A DNA stretch of 64,000 nucleotides from Lama guanicoe (Eukaryota): contig MU053645.1 in the NCBI GenBank assembly GCA_013239625.1, positions 1,418,274-1,482,273 on the forward strand, read 5' to 3'. Every line of letters begins with the position of its first letter. The first letter of the stretch is position 1. The notes under the pieces were generated by a model. The model was not told the origin of the DNA, did no database searches, and saw only the letters and a list, made by a program, of their open reading frames with translations. The position numbers and the translations under genes are program-made. This document shows positions 26,254-38,170 of the stretch, piece after piece.

Positions 26254-26911
26254 CCCAGCAATGTTAGTGAGTAACAACTAGGTGTCAAGCTCTGTTCTAG
26301 GTGCTAGAAAGGAAAATCAGGCAGCAGATGCTTGAGCTCTGCCTTCAAGTAGCTTGTGATAGAGGTGAGATGATTATATATATTTGTATCAAACACTGGA
26401 GACTTGTTTTAATGAACAAGTTGAGCAAGGATAAGATCCAAGAGGCTAGAGAATGTCCTAAGATGCTGGGGTAATCCAAAACCATAGAGTTGTCAAGTCC
26501 CAAAATTTAAGCTGCTGGGAGGAAGCAGAGCAGGGATGGGGATCCTTATGACATGGCAGAGTCAGGAACCTGAAACTGGAATCAGACTCCAGGTGAAGGG
26601 AAGTCTAGAAGATGGGGAGATCATAGCTAGAAACCTAGAGCCAAAGACGAATCCTGGTTCAAAGAGAGAATGGTAAACATGGTGACAGGAACCTGAAAGT
26701 CAAGGCAGATCAAATCAGGCAGGTGAGGGATGGCCTGCCAGAGACGGCAAAGGCACAGCAACGGACAGAAGAATACCAAAGGAAGCCAAAGATCTATGTC
26801 AAAGTGATTGTCAAAAGTCACACAAGGGACTAAGGAACAAAGGAACAATTCTGCCTGCTTAGCTGCTTTTCCAATTTGTTTGATTTTCTATTCCCCACAG
26901 AGCCATTAAGA

Positions 26912-27074
26912 CAGGGCTTCTCCACAATGACTGACCATTAGAATCAGCTTGTACCAAAGCCCAAGGCCTGCCACAGACCAACTGAATCATAATCTCTGGG
27001 ATGGAACCCAGGTAACAGTATTTTTAAAAGTCACCCAGGTGATTACAATGATTAGTGAGAGTTGAACTTCACTG
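26912..27074. mobile_element. MER5A-like hAT-Charlie MITE
   Basis: CAGGGCTTCTC..CATTAGAATCA..ACTGAATCATAATCTCTGGG..CCCAGGTGATT..CACTG. Confidence 0.75.
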
Positions 27075-27175
27075 CTTTAAGGTGCTGGACAGCTTTAAGA
27101 GATTAGCACATGAAAAACTCAGTCAGGAAGGCTTCCGAGAGACAGAGAATGTTGATCAGAGACTTCAAGGGTAAG

Positions 27176-27248
27176 TGTGTTAGTCAGAGTTCTCCAGAAA
27201 AACAGAAGCAACAACAGGAAAGATAGATAGATAGATAGATAGATAGAC

Positions 27249-27283
<35 letters not shown>

Positions 27284-27704
27284 TGAAAGGAAATTTATTA
27301 TAAGGAACTGGCTCATACAGTTACTGAGGCTGAGAAGTTCCACAATGTGCTGCCTAAAGCTGGAGATGCAGGAAAGCTGGTGGTATAATTCAGTTCAAGT
27401 CCAAAGGCCTGGAAACCCAGTAAGTTGATGGTTTAAATCCCAGTGTGAAGGCCAGAGAAGATGAGATGGGATGCCAAGCAGTGAGGCAGGAGACAAAAAG
27501 GGGCAAATTCCTTTTCCTACACTTTGTTCTTTTCAGGCTTTCAACAGATTAGCTGAGGCCCACCCACAGTGGGGAGGATGATCTGCTTTACTGAGTCCAC
27601 CAATTCAAGGGCTAACCCCATCCAGAAACATGCTGACAGACACATCCAGCAATATTGTTTAATCCCATGGCCAATCAAGATGACACATAAAATTAACCAT
27701 CACA
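27176..27704 (-). mobile_element. MLT2B-type (ERVL) complete solo LTR
   Basis: TG..CA termini (TGTGTTAGTCAGAGTTCTCCAG / AAATTAACCATCACA); perfect 5-bp TSD GTAAG at 27171-27175 and 27705-27709. Confidence 0.93.
27221..27280. repeat. (GATA)n tetranucleotide microsatellite
   Basis: About 15 AGAT units with one AGAC variant, inside the MLT2. Confidence 0.95.
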
Positions 27705-28439
27705 GTAAGCAATATTTAGGCTAGATGGAAGGAGGTGGGTTTTCCATAGTGGAGGAACAAGGAATGTGAAGGCAACAAAAGATGTGATGGAGATTATATA
27801 TCTCACCATGCAGGAGAAAGAACTGTCTGATATCATCCAACTGCAGTGGAGGGAGAGCCACTGAAAGGCTATAAACATAGGCCAAGGAGAGGAAAGGGGA
27901 CCTGGTGGGGAACCCTGAAATTTGGGTCAACCAAGTTGATCTTTTGCACCATGTCAGAGGTAGTTCAAATAAGGAGTCTAGATTCTTGAAGGCTATTCAC
28001 TTCTCTGGTCTTTGTCCCATCCACTCATTTTCTATTAAAAGTTCCTTTTGAAGATGTCCAAACTTGTTTCTGATTAAATACAGTAAAAGGCATTTTCTCC
28101 CCATTGGAGGATATAGATAGGTAATGCAGATACTCAGTTCTCAAAGTGTACAGGCCATGGTCTTCTTCAGCGGTCAGGAAATGAGAAGGTTCTTGATCAA
28201 CATTGGCCAGACTGGCCACATACTATGAATCTGCTGAGCCCCACCCCTCAACTGCTAGGTAAGCATTGATCCTAAACTGATGACTGAAGACTCACGGCAC
28301 AAAGTGCCTCCAACTCTCCCCCAATGGGTTTCTCTCAACAGATGGTCTATTTCCTGGCCCAGAGGAAACAAAAAAACACTGGGTATAAACTCCCCCAACT
28401 CCCTGGAGCCCTCCCTACATATTTTTCTGGATCTGTACC

Positions 28440-30240
28440 AATGCCTACCTTCTTGTGTCTTACGGGCAGGAAGGGTCCTCCTCCTAACTCAGGCAAAACC
28501 TCCAGCTGGGCTCTTAATCCCATCCTGTCTCCCTAGGAATCACACTCCAATGATTACTAGCCTTTACCTCTCCCATATCTTTAACATTTGATTGACTCAT
28601 TCCTCTCTGCAAATAAAAATCTTGCTCATATTAAGTAAACAAATTCCTACCTCCTTTGACACTCTATCCCTTCTTGACAGTATCCATCATCTCTCCTTAC
28701 ATGACTATGCTTCTAAAGCAAGTCAGCTATACTTCATATCTCTCCTTCCTCACCACCGACTCTCTCCTTAGAACCTGGCTTCCACTTTCATTGATCTATG
28801 AAATCGTTCTCACTAAAGTCATCAGTGTCTTCCTCATTTCCCAAATACATGGACCTTTTTCAGTTCTTATCTTCACCTCTCAGCAACATGTGATGCTTGG
28901 CAGCACCTTCCATCTTCATTTTTCCTCTTCCTTTGGCCTCTCTGATGCCATACTTTACTGATTTTCTTCCTACCTCTCTGCTTTTTTTCAGTCTTCTTTC
29001 CTGGCTTCCTTACTTTACCCATATTTTAATTTGGGTGTTCCTCAGGATTCCACCCAACACTCTCTTGTCTTATTCTCTCTAGGAGATCTCTTCAACTCCA
29101 AAGCATTTACTAACATCTCCATACTTAACACTCTGAAATCTAGATCTGAAGCCCAGGGATTTCCTATTAACTTCATACTCATGCTTATACATACTTGCTA
29201 GATACCATCACTTGTAATATTCCACATTTAAGGGCAACATGGACCACTGGTTTATAGCTTGGACTCTGATTCAAATTCTAGCACTGACATTTACAAACAT
29301 GAGCAAGCAATTGGACCTCTTATTGTCTCAGTTTTCTCCCCTGTAAAATGAGAATGATAATAGTATTTATCTGTGAGAATTACATGAGATACTGAACATA
29401 ACATGCTCATCACGGAGCTTGACACACAGTAAGCATTCAATACATATTAATTATTATTACTACTTCTTATTAGTTGCTACTTATTATTATTACTGCTGAC
29501 TCAATAGAACAAAATCTGAAAATATAATTTCCACTCCCACCAACCTTGTTCTTCTTCCTGAATTCCCTAAAATAGTGGTACTATCATCCTCCCAGTCCAA
29601 ATATAGAAACCCAAGAGTCATAGAGAAACCCTAGTCTCTCTCTTCTTCTCTCCCCTTCCCTCCCCTCCTCACTTCCTCCTCCTTCCCCTTCCCTTTCTCC
29701 TTGCCCCCTGCCCATATGTCCTCATTAAAGGTCACCAACTCCTGATGTTCCTGCATCCTGAATATCACTCACCTCTGCCCTCTCTTCTATATCCTGTTAC
29801 CCACTTCCACTCCTTAGTAGTTATATTATTTCCTTGCTCACACTCTCCCAATGACTTCTCGACCAGTCTATCCCTTTCTGTCTCACCTACTGCCAATCTA
29901 CCCTCCACCATGCTTCCCGAGTAATTTTTGCAAGCCACAGATGTGATCATTTTACTTTCCTGCTCAAGATCTTTCAATGGGGCTTCAACAGCTACAGCAC
30001 AAAATCTAAACTCCTTTGTGTGGTATACTAGACCCTTCCTAATTTGCTCCCTTCCTAACTGGTCCCTGTCAAATCTCTCACCATTTTCCACCTCACTCAT
30101 TTCTCCCTCCTACCATACACCCCAGCAGTTCTGATTCATAAGTTTTCAGTACTTGGGACATCCTTCCTTTCTCATATATCCATTTGGCAAGCTCCTTTTG
30201 ATTCTAGAGGTCTATTTCAAATACATCTTCCTCCACAACC
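28440..30240 (+). mobile_element. L2 (ORF2 remnant) with an internal MIR
   Basis: Pyrimidine-rich L2 ORF2 motifs; MIR(+) at about 29235-29450; CT-rich tract 29635-29710. Confidence 0.75.
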
Positions 30241-30339
30241 CTATTGAACCCATCTGCGTATCTGACCAAGAATATCCATTGGCATGGACTCACGTACCCT
30301 GGACTGAAAGGGAGCATTCTCTAGACTCTCCCCTGGAGA

Positions 30340-30400
30340 CTATTTAAATTTAAATCAATTAAAACTAAATAAAATTTTAAATATAGTTCCTCAATCACAC
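30340..30400. mobile_element. MER3/MER33-like hAT fragment
   Basis: TATTTAAATTTAAATCAATTAAAACTAAATAAAATTTTAAATATAGTTCCTCAATCACAC. Confidence 0.55.
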
Positions 30401-30609
30401 ACTCTTCATTACTAATAGTCTGAACTGCAAGGAGGTGAGTATAAGAGCAACTGAGAAACCAAGAAGATTCTAAAAGATCGGATGACTGATCACTTAGGTC
30501 ACAAAGGAGAAGAGGAAGAGGCAGATGAAGCAGGAGAAAAAGGAAGAGGAGAAAAAAGAAGAGGAGAAGGAGAAGAAACAACAACCATAACTATGATGAC
30601 AACAGTGAG

Positions 30610-32350
30610 CTCCTTAGGAAACAGCCATGGAGAGGGGTTAAGGAGAAACCCCTTATGTTGGCAAATAAAAAGGAGATGAAAGAAGAAAAGAAATAAGAGG
30701 AAAACCAGTCCAGTGTGATGCCACGGAAGTCAAGAAAGAGGACTGTTTCAAGGAAGGGCAAAGAGGAGAGTTTGAACAGTGCCAAATGCTATGGAAAAAT
30801 CTAGTTGGATGGGAATTGAGAAAACGTCATTGGAATGAAAACCTGGTAATATTCAGAAAAGGCATTTTAGTTGAGGATTCATCCATAATTCATTCAACAA
30901 ATATTTATTGATGGTCTACCATGGACCAGGCACTGTGCCAGGTCCTGGGTAATACATTTATGAATAGAATTATATACTTTTTCTCTTCATACCATTTACA
31001 CTCTGGTGGGGAAGACAGATAATAAACACACAGACAAGCAAATAAATGTGTATCAAATCTAACTATTATGAAAAAAATCAGTTTGCAGGGGTAGAGAATC
31101 ACGGAGGGAACCCACTAAATAATGTGCTCAAAGATGGCCTCTCTGGGTTGGTGAGCAGCATTAAGTGAAGAAATCAGATTAAAGAGTGAAAGAGTAAGTG
31201 TGTTGTAAGGAAATAGAGGCAGATAGTATGACTGCTATGTTCAGAAGTTAGCAATGAAAAGAGGCAAAGAGATAAATCAATATCTCTGAATGATTGAAGG
31301 ACTTTTTTATTTCACCCTAGAGAAGTATGAGTAGAAGGTAATGAAGAGAGAAAGACTGGTTATCTGGGAAAGAGCAGAAATTGATGGAGTGTAGCCCCAC
31401 CTTAAGAAGGAAAAGGAAAGTTTAAAACTCAGGTGGAAGGACTAGCTTTACAAAGAAGAGGAACACTTCTTTCACTGAGATGGGGGGGAAATGGACAGGA
31501 AACTGAAAATACAGAGAAATTCTGAGTAGGTGAAGAAAGTATAAAAAGGATATGGAAATCAAGAAATATCTGGTGTTCCACTATGTCTTCTCATGAAGTA
31601 CCAAGCAAGATCATCTACTGATAGTGTAGGGGAGTAGGACTGAGAGTTTGTATACAGAAAATATCTGGAACATCCATCGTGGTGAATACGATAAGATATA
31701 AACAAAAATGAATAGAATAATCACTGATGGAGCAGTAATGGTAGAGAGTAGATAAGATAGGAAGATGTAAGAGCAGATAGCATTATCCTATAGGCCACCT
31801 AGTCAACAAATATCCATGCCTTTCTTCCACAACTATCAGCACTCTGATGCTGAGAAAGCAGACAGCAGGGATAACCCAAGGTGGGGACAGTCCTGCTGAG
31901 CATGTGGCAAAGTCAAAGAGTGTAGAATTCAAGGATATTAGGAAAACTATCAGTGGCATGGCTGGCGGTGGCGTCTCTGGTGAGCAGGAAGGTAAAGAAG
32001 GCAGGAAGGACACTGTGAATTAGCAAGGACTCAGGTATCTAGAGTTGTGATATGGGGGAAGAAAGGCAATTCAGTGTGAATGAGAGAGCAGGAGAGTTAA
32101 AGGATCAGAGGTTGTGCAGAGAAGGGGATAGCTCTGAATGTGAAATCACAGAGATGAAATCATATGAAGTTCAGAAACATCCTAGGTCTGGCTGTGGTTG
32201 GCTGAAGTGGAGTAGAGAGGCATTGTACAGTTGGTGAGAAAGTCAAAGTGTTGTACTGACCATCTGCCTGGATGACAGGAAATCAGATCATTGGGAGACC
32301 TGTGAGGCAGGTATGGAAGTCAAAGAATATATGAAAGTCAGAGATGAGTA
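30610..32350 (-). mobile_element. L2 segments (an older body plus a nested L2 3' end at about 30885-31150)
   Basis: ATTCATTCAACAAATATTTATTG..CCAGGCACTGTGCCAGG at 30888; purine-rich reverse L2 ORF2 sequence around it. Confidence 0.7.
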
Positions 32351-32439
32351 GACAGAAAAAATTAAAAAGCTTCTCATAGAGCATCTATTCCTGCAGTTCC
32401 CAAATATCACCATATCACTTATCCTTCCAAGCCCAAGAT

Positions 32440-32595
32440 AGAAACATAATGGAAATAATTTCTCACATTATATATGAGGAAACTGAGGTCTAGAGAGTTT
32501 AAACAGCATTTCAAGTCCACAGAGCAAAATCTGTGTTAGAAACTGGAATCTGCCACTAAAATATGGAGTTTGATGTGCTGAGTCAGTACACGTTG
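32440..32595 (-). mobile_element. MIR
   Basis: ATGAGGAAACTGAGGTCTAGAGAG..AAGTCCACAGAGC. Confidence 0.7.
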
Positions 32596-33459
32596 TCACC
32601 TGCCATTGCAATTTTTACCTTCAAAGACCCTGGCCCCTTGAGTGCTATCTATCCATTTCTGCCTCTGCTTTGCTGGAAAGGAAGTAAACATGGGCAATTT
32701 GGCTTCAGTATGAGTGTATGGGCTATTTTTCTCTTATTTTCAAGGATGTTCTGTGGCAACTGTTCCTAGAAAGATAATAGAGGACAGACACAACTTCATA
32801 CTTATCACTATATTAAGCATAAATGTCATGAAAAAGGGCAAGTTTACTGGGATTTGTTAGGCTTCTTTAAAGCATTGAAGACATGGTGATACATCCATAC
32901 ATTTCATATCTTATCTAGTGCTTTGTATAAATACAGGTGTCACCAACACAAAGGAGAGATAATACATAATTGAAAGCAGAGGGAAGAAACTGACAGCAAT
33001 TTTATAAGCAATAACAAGATCTGTGAAAGGAACATCCTTTACAAGTTGCCACTGCCTAAGGATAACACAAGCACAGCCTCAAAACACATCATTCCATCTG
33101 TCTGGTTGCAACATTGCTGTGGGAAGAAGAGTTCCTAAATGCCACCCAAATTATCTCTGAGTTATTTTCCTTGAGAGACACCAAAGCCAACTATGGGACA
33201 GCTCATAACACCACCACCCCAAAAAAGGGCAGACATTTCTGCAACACAAATCCTGGAGGGCTGTTAAATTCCTCAGTTATTTTCTTTCCTGTTGGAAAAT
33301 TGGCTCAAGAAGTTTAAAGAGCTACTTATTTCAATAAGGTTGGTTGTTTGATATGATGATATAAGATCAAAGACGCTCAAATACCTTTCAACTAATGACT
33401 TGGATGATCATGGTAATGATAATAATGATGCTATCACTGCTGCTGTTGCAGATGATCGC

Positions 33460-34660
33460 TAACAGGTAGTGAGTGTGTACCATGTGCCGGGCACTGGCCT
33501 AAGCAATTTACCTAAATATATTCAACTGCCTACTTGACATCACTATTTGTACGTCTCATAGGTACCTAAACTTTACCATGTCTAAAATAAGACTCTTAAA
33601 GACAGAAGAGATCTCATGGAGCTTACAATCTAATAGGAGGAGACAAATAATAAATAAGGAAACAAATAAATATGTAATATCAAGCAGTGATGACCATTAT
33701 AAAGAAAGTAAATTATACCAATGAATTATGACTAAGTACGAGAAGGTAAGTGTAGCTACTTTTGACAGGATGGTTAAGACCTCTGAGAAGAGATGACCTT
33801 TAAACTTGAGACCTGAATAATGAGAATAAGCCAGTCATGAGGAAACCTGAGAGAAAGCATTTCAGGCAGAGGGAACAAAAGTACAAAGATCCAATTATAG
33901 GAAGGAACTTGATGTGCCTACAAAAGAGAAACAGCCAGTGTGGCTGGAGCTGAGTTAATGATGGGGGTCAGGGATAGAGATGTAGTAGAAGATGAGATGA
34001 GAGAGGTGGGCAGGAGCCAGACTGTGCAGGGTCTGATAGGCCATGGGAAGAAGTTTGGGGTTTATTCTAAGTGTTACAGGAAGTTATTGGATTTTAACAG
34101 GGTTGCGGGAGTGGGGTATGATCTGACTTTATTCCTATTGTGTAGACAGCAAGAGGACCAGAATGGAAGTATGGAGAGGGGCTTCAAGATGGCAGAATAG
34201 AAAGACGTGGAGCTCATTGTCTCCCACAAATACATCAGAATGGAAGTACAGATGTCAAATAGTAGGGCTGTTGCAGTAGTCAAGGCTGGAGATGACAATG
34301 ACTTAGAGGAGAGTGTTAAAATGCTAGAAGTTGTAAGAGGTGTTCAGATTCTGGATAGATTTTGAAAGCAAAAGAGACAGAACTTAGGGGTTGGCCAGAT
34401 GTGAGAGGTGAGAGAGAAGAAAGTGTAGAAATGACTCCCCATTTCTGGCTTAAATAAATGAGTAGATGGTGTTGCAATTACCTAAGATGGGTTGGACTTG
34501 GGCAGAGTACAGGTTTGAAGGTGGCATAGAAGCAATCAAGAAGTCTGTTTGGAATCATATAAGTTTGAGAAGCTAGTGAAACATCCAAGTGGAAATGTCA
34601 AGCAGGCAAGCAAAACATATGAATCAGAATTATACAGAAGAAAGTGAGGTATCTAAATAA
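33460..34660 (-). mobile_element. L2a-like element
   Basis: CTCATGGAGCTTACAATCTA..CAGGCAGAGGGAACA..GCCAGTGTGGCTGGAGC..CATCCAAGTGGAAATGTCAAGCAGGCA. Confidence 0.85.
34172..34235 (+). mobile_element. 64-bp L1 5'-terminal fragment with TSD and no tail
   Basis: CAAGATGGCAGAATAGAAAGACGTGGAGCTCA..CCCACAAATACAT; 13-bp perfect repeat CAGAATGGAAGTA at 34159-34171 and 34236-34248. Confidence 0.75.
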
Positions 34661-34689
34661 ACTACTGTTGATTACATCTTTGCCCAAAT

Positions 34690-34845
34690 AATTACACAAA
34701 TAATCATTAATGTTTGTCACCCCTACTAAAATGTACGCTCTATGAGGGCACAATATTATCTATCTTATTCTCCTTGTATTTTCAGTACTAACCACAATGC
34801 CTGGGAAATAGCAGATACCCAATAAACATTTGTGGAAGGAAGGAA
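34690..34845 (+). mobile_element. L2 3' terminus
   Basis: CCCTACTAAAATGTACGCTCTATGAGGGCA..ACAATGCCTGG..CAATAAACATTTGTGGAAGGAA. Confidence 0.7.
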
Positions 34846-35207
34846 AGGAGAGATGCAAAGAAATGTATTTTGTGATTAGGTTAGATTTTTAAATGGAAAG
34901 GCACTGAATACACACTCTCTGCTCTTCCTCCAGAAGGAGAACTACTGATCTGGTTGGTCTGATTTAAGGACACTTTGTTGGGGGTGTAGAGGCGCGATAC
35001 ATTTTGAAGAGTTACAGCTTTCAAAGAGGCCAAAGACTGATTAAACTCTCACAGCAGGAATACAGGCCAGATCTAGCTTCCATATGGGAAAAGGCCAGCT
35101 GTCCCCTTTCCTTGAACTAACCTTTCCACATAGAGAACCGTTCTTCAGTAGAGCAAATACAAGTACTTATGCTCTTTGCTCGACTCTCCAATATGCATAC
35201 ATTTTTT

Positions 35208-35509
35208 CAGGGATCAATAAACAGTAGCACTTGGGTCAAATTTGGTCCCTACCTGTTTTTCTTAACCTGAGAGCTAAGAATACTTTTTACATTTTCAAAT
35301 GATTGAAAAAAATCAAAAGAAGAGTATTTCATGAAACACGAAAGTTATCTGAAATTCAAATTTCAGTGCCCATATATAAAGTCTTGTAACACATCCATGC
35401 TTCATTACTATAGTAGCAGAGTTGCAGAGTTGCAACAGAGACCATATGGCCTTCAAAGCTGAAAGTATTTACTACCTGGCCCTTTACAGGAAAAGTTTGT
35501 AGACTCCTG
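35208..35509. mobile_element. MER58B-like hAT-Charlie MITE
   Basis: CAGGG..CCTG termini; GAGCTAAGAAT, TGAAATTCAAATTTCAGTG, GAGACCATATGGCC, CTGGCCCTTTACAG. Confidence 0.85.
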
Positions 35510-35514
35510 TATTA

Positions 35515-35900
35515 TTTCATTTCATGAGCACCACAAAAAGATATATATTACTTGGATGATAGATTCATTCCCATTTTACAGAATATAAAGGTAAGGCTTA
35601 CAATAGCCAGTAGGTTAGTAGAACCTGGATTCAAGCTCAAACAACACAATAACAAAAATAACAAGAACAACGATATTTAATAATTTCAACTACCATTAAC
35701 TGAGTGCTCACCAAGTGCCAGGATCAGTACAAAGGAGTTTCCATAATATAATCCTTTAATCATGAAATCTTCACCACAATCCTCTATGAAAAATACTATT
35801 ATGATCTCCATTTCATGGATGAGGAAACTGAGACTCAGAGAGGATAACTGATTTGGCCAAAGTCTCATTTTAAGAGAACCAACATTCATGGTCAGATCTG
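35515..35900 (-). mobile_element. Two MIR copies
   Basis: CCCATTTTACAGA..CTGGATTCAAGCTC (about 35515-35640) and TGAGTGCTCA..ATGAGGAAACTGAGACTCAGAGAGG (about 35690-35900). Confidence 0.75.
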
Positions 35901-35999
35901 AAGAAGCTGAACCTTCGGTTCCATCTAACCAATCAGGTCAGAGTTCATAAGGAAAAGCATTGAAGATCCTCTCTCTGCTCTTCCTTGTGCTGCAGTGTT

Positions 36000-36520
36000 G
36001 GTGTTCAGGTTGGACCATGTTGAGTGACTAATGAAGATGTTACAAATTCGCATCTGGATTCAGGTGAGAGGCATAAACTGAAGCGATGAGATGTGGGAGT
36101 CCTGAGAGTGGATGAGCTCAGTCACTGAGAGTACACTGAGAAAAGAAGAGGCTCAAGCATGGGAATTTGAAGAAACTTCAACAGTGAGAGCCTTAGAGGA
36201 AAGAGTGGCTGGAGAGAGATGAGGGAAATTGGAGAGAATGGCTCACAGAAGCCACAGAAGGACAAATTCTCCAGAAAGGACTGATCCACAGGGGCAAACA
36301 CTGCAAGAGAGGTCAAGGCCATAGAAGCACAGCAGCCTGTCCATCTAATTTCACAACATGGAGTTCATCGGTAATCTTAGTAAAGTGCCAATGCAGTAAA
36401 GTGATGGAAGTGAAAAGAGACTGCAAGTGTGCTGAAGAGGTGAAAGGGAGACGAGGTAGCAAAACAGGAACGTAGACAATTCCTTCAAGAAACGTGGCTA
36501 TGTAAAGAAGGATGATAAGC
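36000..36520 (-). mobile_element. L2 fragment
   Basis: GGTTGGACCATGTTGAG..CACAGAAGCCA..GCAAGAGAGGTCAAG..CAACATGGAGTTCATCGGTAATCTT. Confidence 0.65.
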
Positions 36521-36999
36521 CATTAGTTAGGAGTAGACCTCAGGTCAAAAAAAAATGCATCTATGGCAGAAAATAGTTGCTGAAGAGTAGGTAAGGACAA
36601 AAATAGCTGAAAAAACTCCAATACTAAGATTATAGGCATTGCAAAATAAGAGTCTCTGCTTAGTAATGACTTGAAAAAGTCAGTGATATGACAACTCAGA
36701 AGCAATAGAGAAGCAATAAGTAAAAGAGACAGAAAAAAATACCAAAGTTACAAGAAAGAAAAGAAAAAATAGAAGGAATAAGTAAGTCAAAGAGGAGCAG
36801 TATAGCTATGCAGCTAGAGCAGTGCAGAGCAGGGATGGGGGCTGCAAGCAGCAACGATGCTAATGGATGCTCACCTACCTGCTTCCTGTGTGCGTGTGCA
36901 AGAGTTTCTCTAGAGTATTTCCCCAAAAGTCAAATTGCTGAATCGGAAGGTATGCAGAAATTCAATTTCAACTTAGTTTCAAAAGTGGTGATTCAAAAA

Positions 37000-37180
37000 A
37001 AAAAATCTATAGTGACAAAAAGAAGATCAGTGGTTGCCAAGGGCTGAGGGGTGGGAGAAGCGATCAACTGCAAAGAGGTAGTGATTACACAGGTGTATAC
37101 ATTTGTCAAAATTCATTAATCTATATACCTTAAATAGGTGCATATGATTGTATTTATGCTCTACGTTAATAAAATTGGCC
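37000..37180 (+). mobile_element. L1MB/MD-type 3'UTR tail
   Basis: AGATCAGTGGTTGCCAAGGG..GGTGTATACATTTGTCAAAATTCA..AATAAA. Confidence 0.65.
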
Positions 37181-37234
37181 TCATTTTCTATGTACTCTTT
37201 TTGAAAAGTTCTTGACTTTTCAGTTTTTATTCTA

Positions 37235-38170
37235 TACTCTTTTTTATTGAAGCATATTTGACATACAATATTATATTAGTTTCATGTGTATAACAGTAAT
37301 TCAACATTTATGTACATTGTGAAATGATTGCCACAATAAATCTAATTACCATATGTCACCATACAAAGTTTATTTATCAAAGTTAATACAATATTATTGA
37401 CTGTATTTCCCATGTTATATATTATATCCCCATGGCTTATTTATTTTATAACTGGAAGTTTGTATCTCTTGATCCTCTTTATCCATTTTGCCACCCCCCT
37501 CAACCTCCATACCCTCTGATAACCACCAATCTGTTCTCTGTTCTCTATGAGTCTGGAATGTGTTTTATTTGTTTGCTTGCTTTGTTTTTCAGATTCCACA
37601 TATAAGTAATATCATGCAGTATTTTTCTTTCTCCATCTGACTTATTTCACTAAGCATAATACCCTCAAGGTCCATCCATATTAATGCAAATGGCCAAATT
37701 TCATTCTTTTTAATGTCTGAGTAGTATTCCATTGTGTGTGTTTGTGTATGTGTGTGTGTGTGTGTTTGTTTACCACATTTTCTTTATCTAGTCATCTATC
37801 AGTGTACACTCAAGTTGCTTTAATATCTTGGCTAATGTCAATAATGCTGCAAGGAACATAAGAGTGCCTGTATCTTTTTTATTGAAGTATAGTCAATTTA
37901 CAATGAGATGAATGTTAATTTTACAATTTACAATGAAAATGTTAATTTCTGGTGTACAGCATAATGATTCATATATATATATATATATATTCCTTTTCAT
38001 ATTCTTTTTCATTATAGGCCTGGAAATAGATTTATTCTATGATTCAGTAATCCCATTCCTGGGTGTATTTCTGGAGGAAATTCTAGTTTCAAGAGATACA
38101 TGCACTCCAATGTTCATAGCAACACTATTTACATGTATCTTTTTGAATTGGTGTTTTTGTTACTTTTAAT
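37235..38170 (-). mobile_element. L1 3' end of intermediate age, host to a nested inverted L1
   Basis: Reverse L1 3'UTR and ORF2 C-terminus (CTGACTTATTTCACTAAGCATAAT, GAGTAGTATTCCATTG); (TG)n at 37735-37765. Confidence 0.85.
37880..38133 (-). mobile_element. Young L1 insertion with 5' inversion
   Basis: Minus-strand 3' end at 37880-38018 joined to a plus-strand ORF2 piece at 38019-38133; TSD TGTATCTTTTT at 37869-37879 and 38134-38144. Confidence 0.8.

Noticed and set aside
27221..27280. Regular repeat arrays as CRISPR-like or coding repeats
   Set aside because: These are simple microsatellites with no spacers, in eukaryotic DNA with no cas-like ORFs.
36610..36650. KNSNTKIIGIAK as an L1 ORF1 RRM-like remnant
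   Set aside because: Only 12 codons in A-rich low-complexity sequence, bounded by stops; too weak to call.
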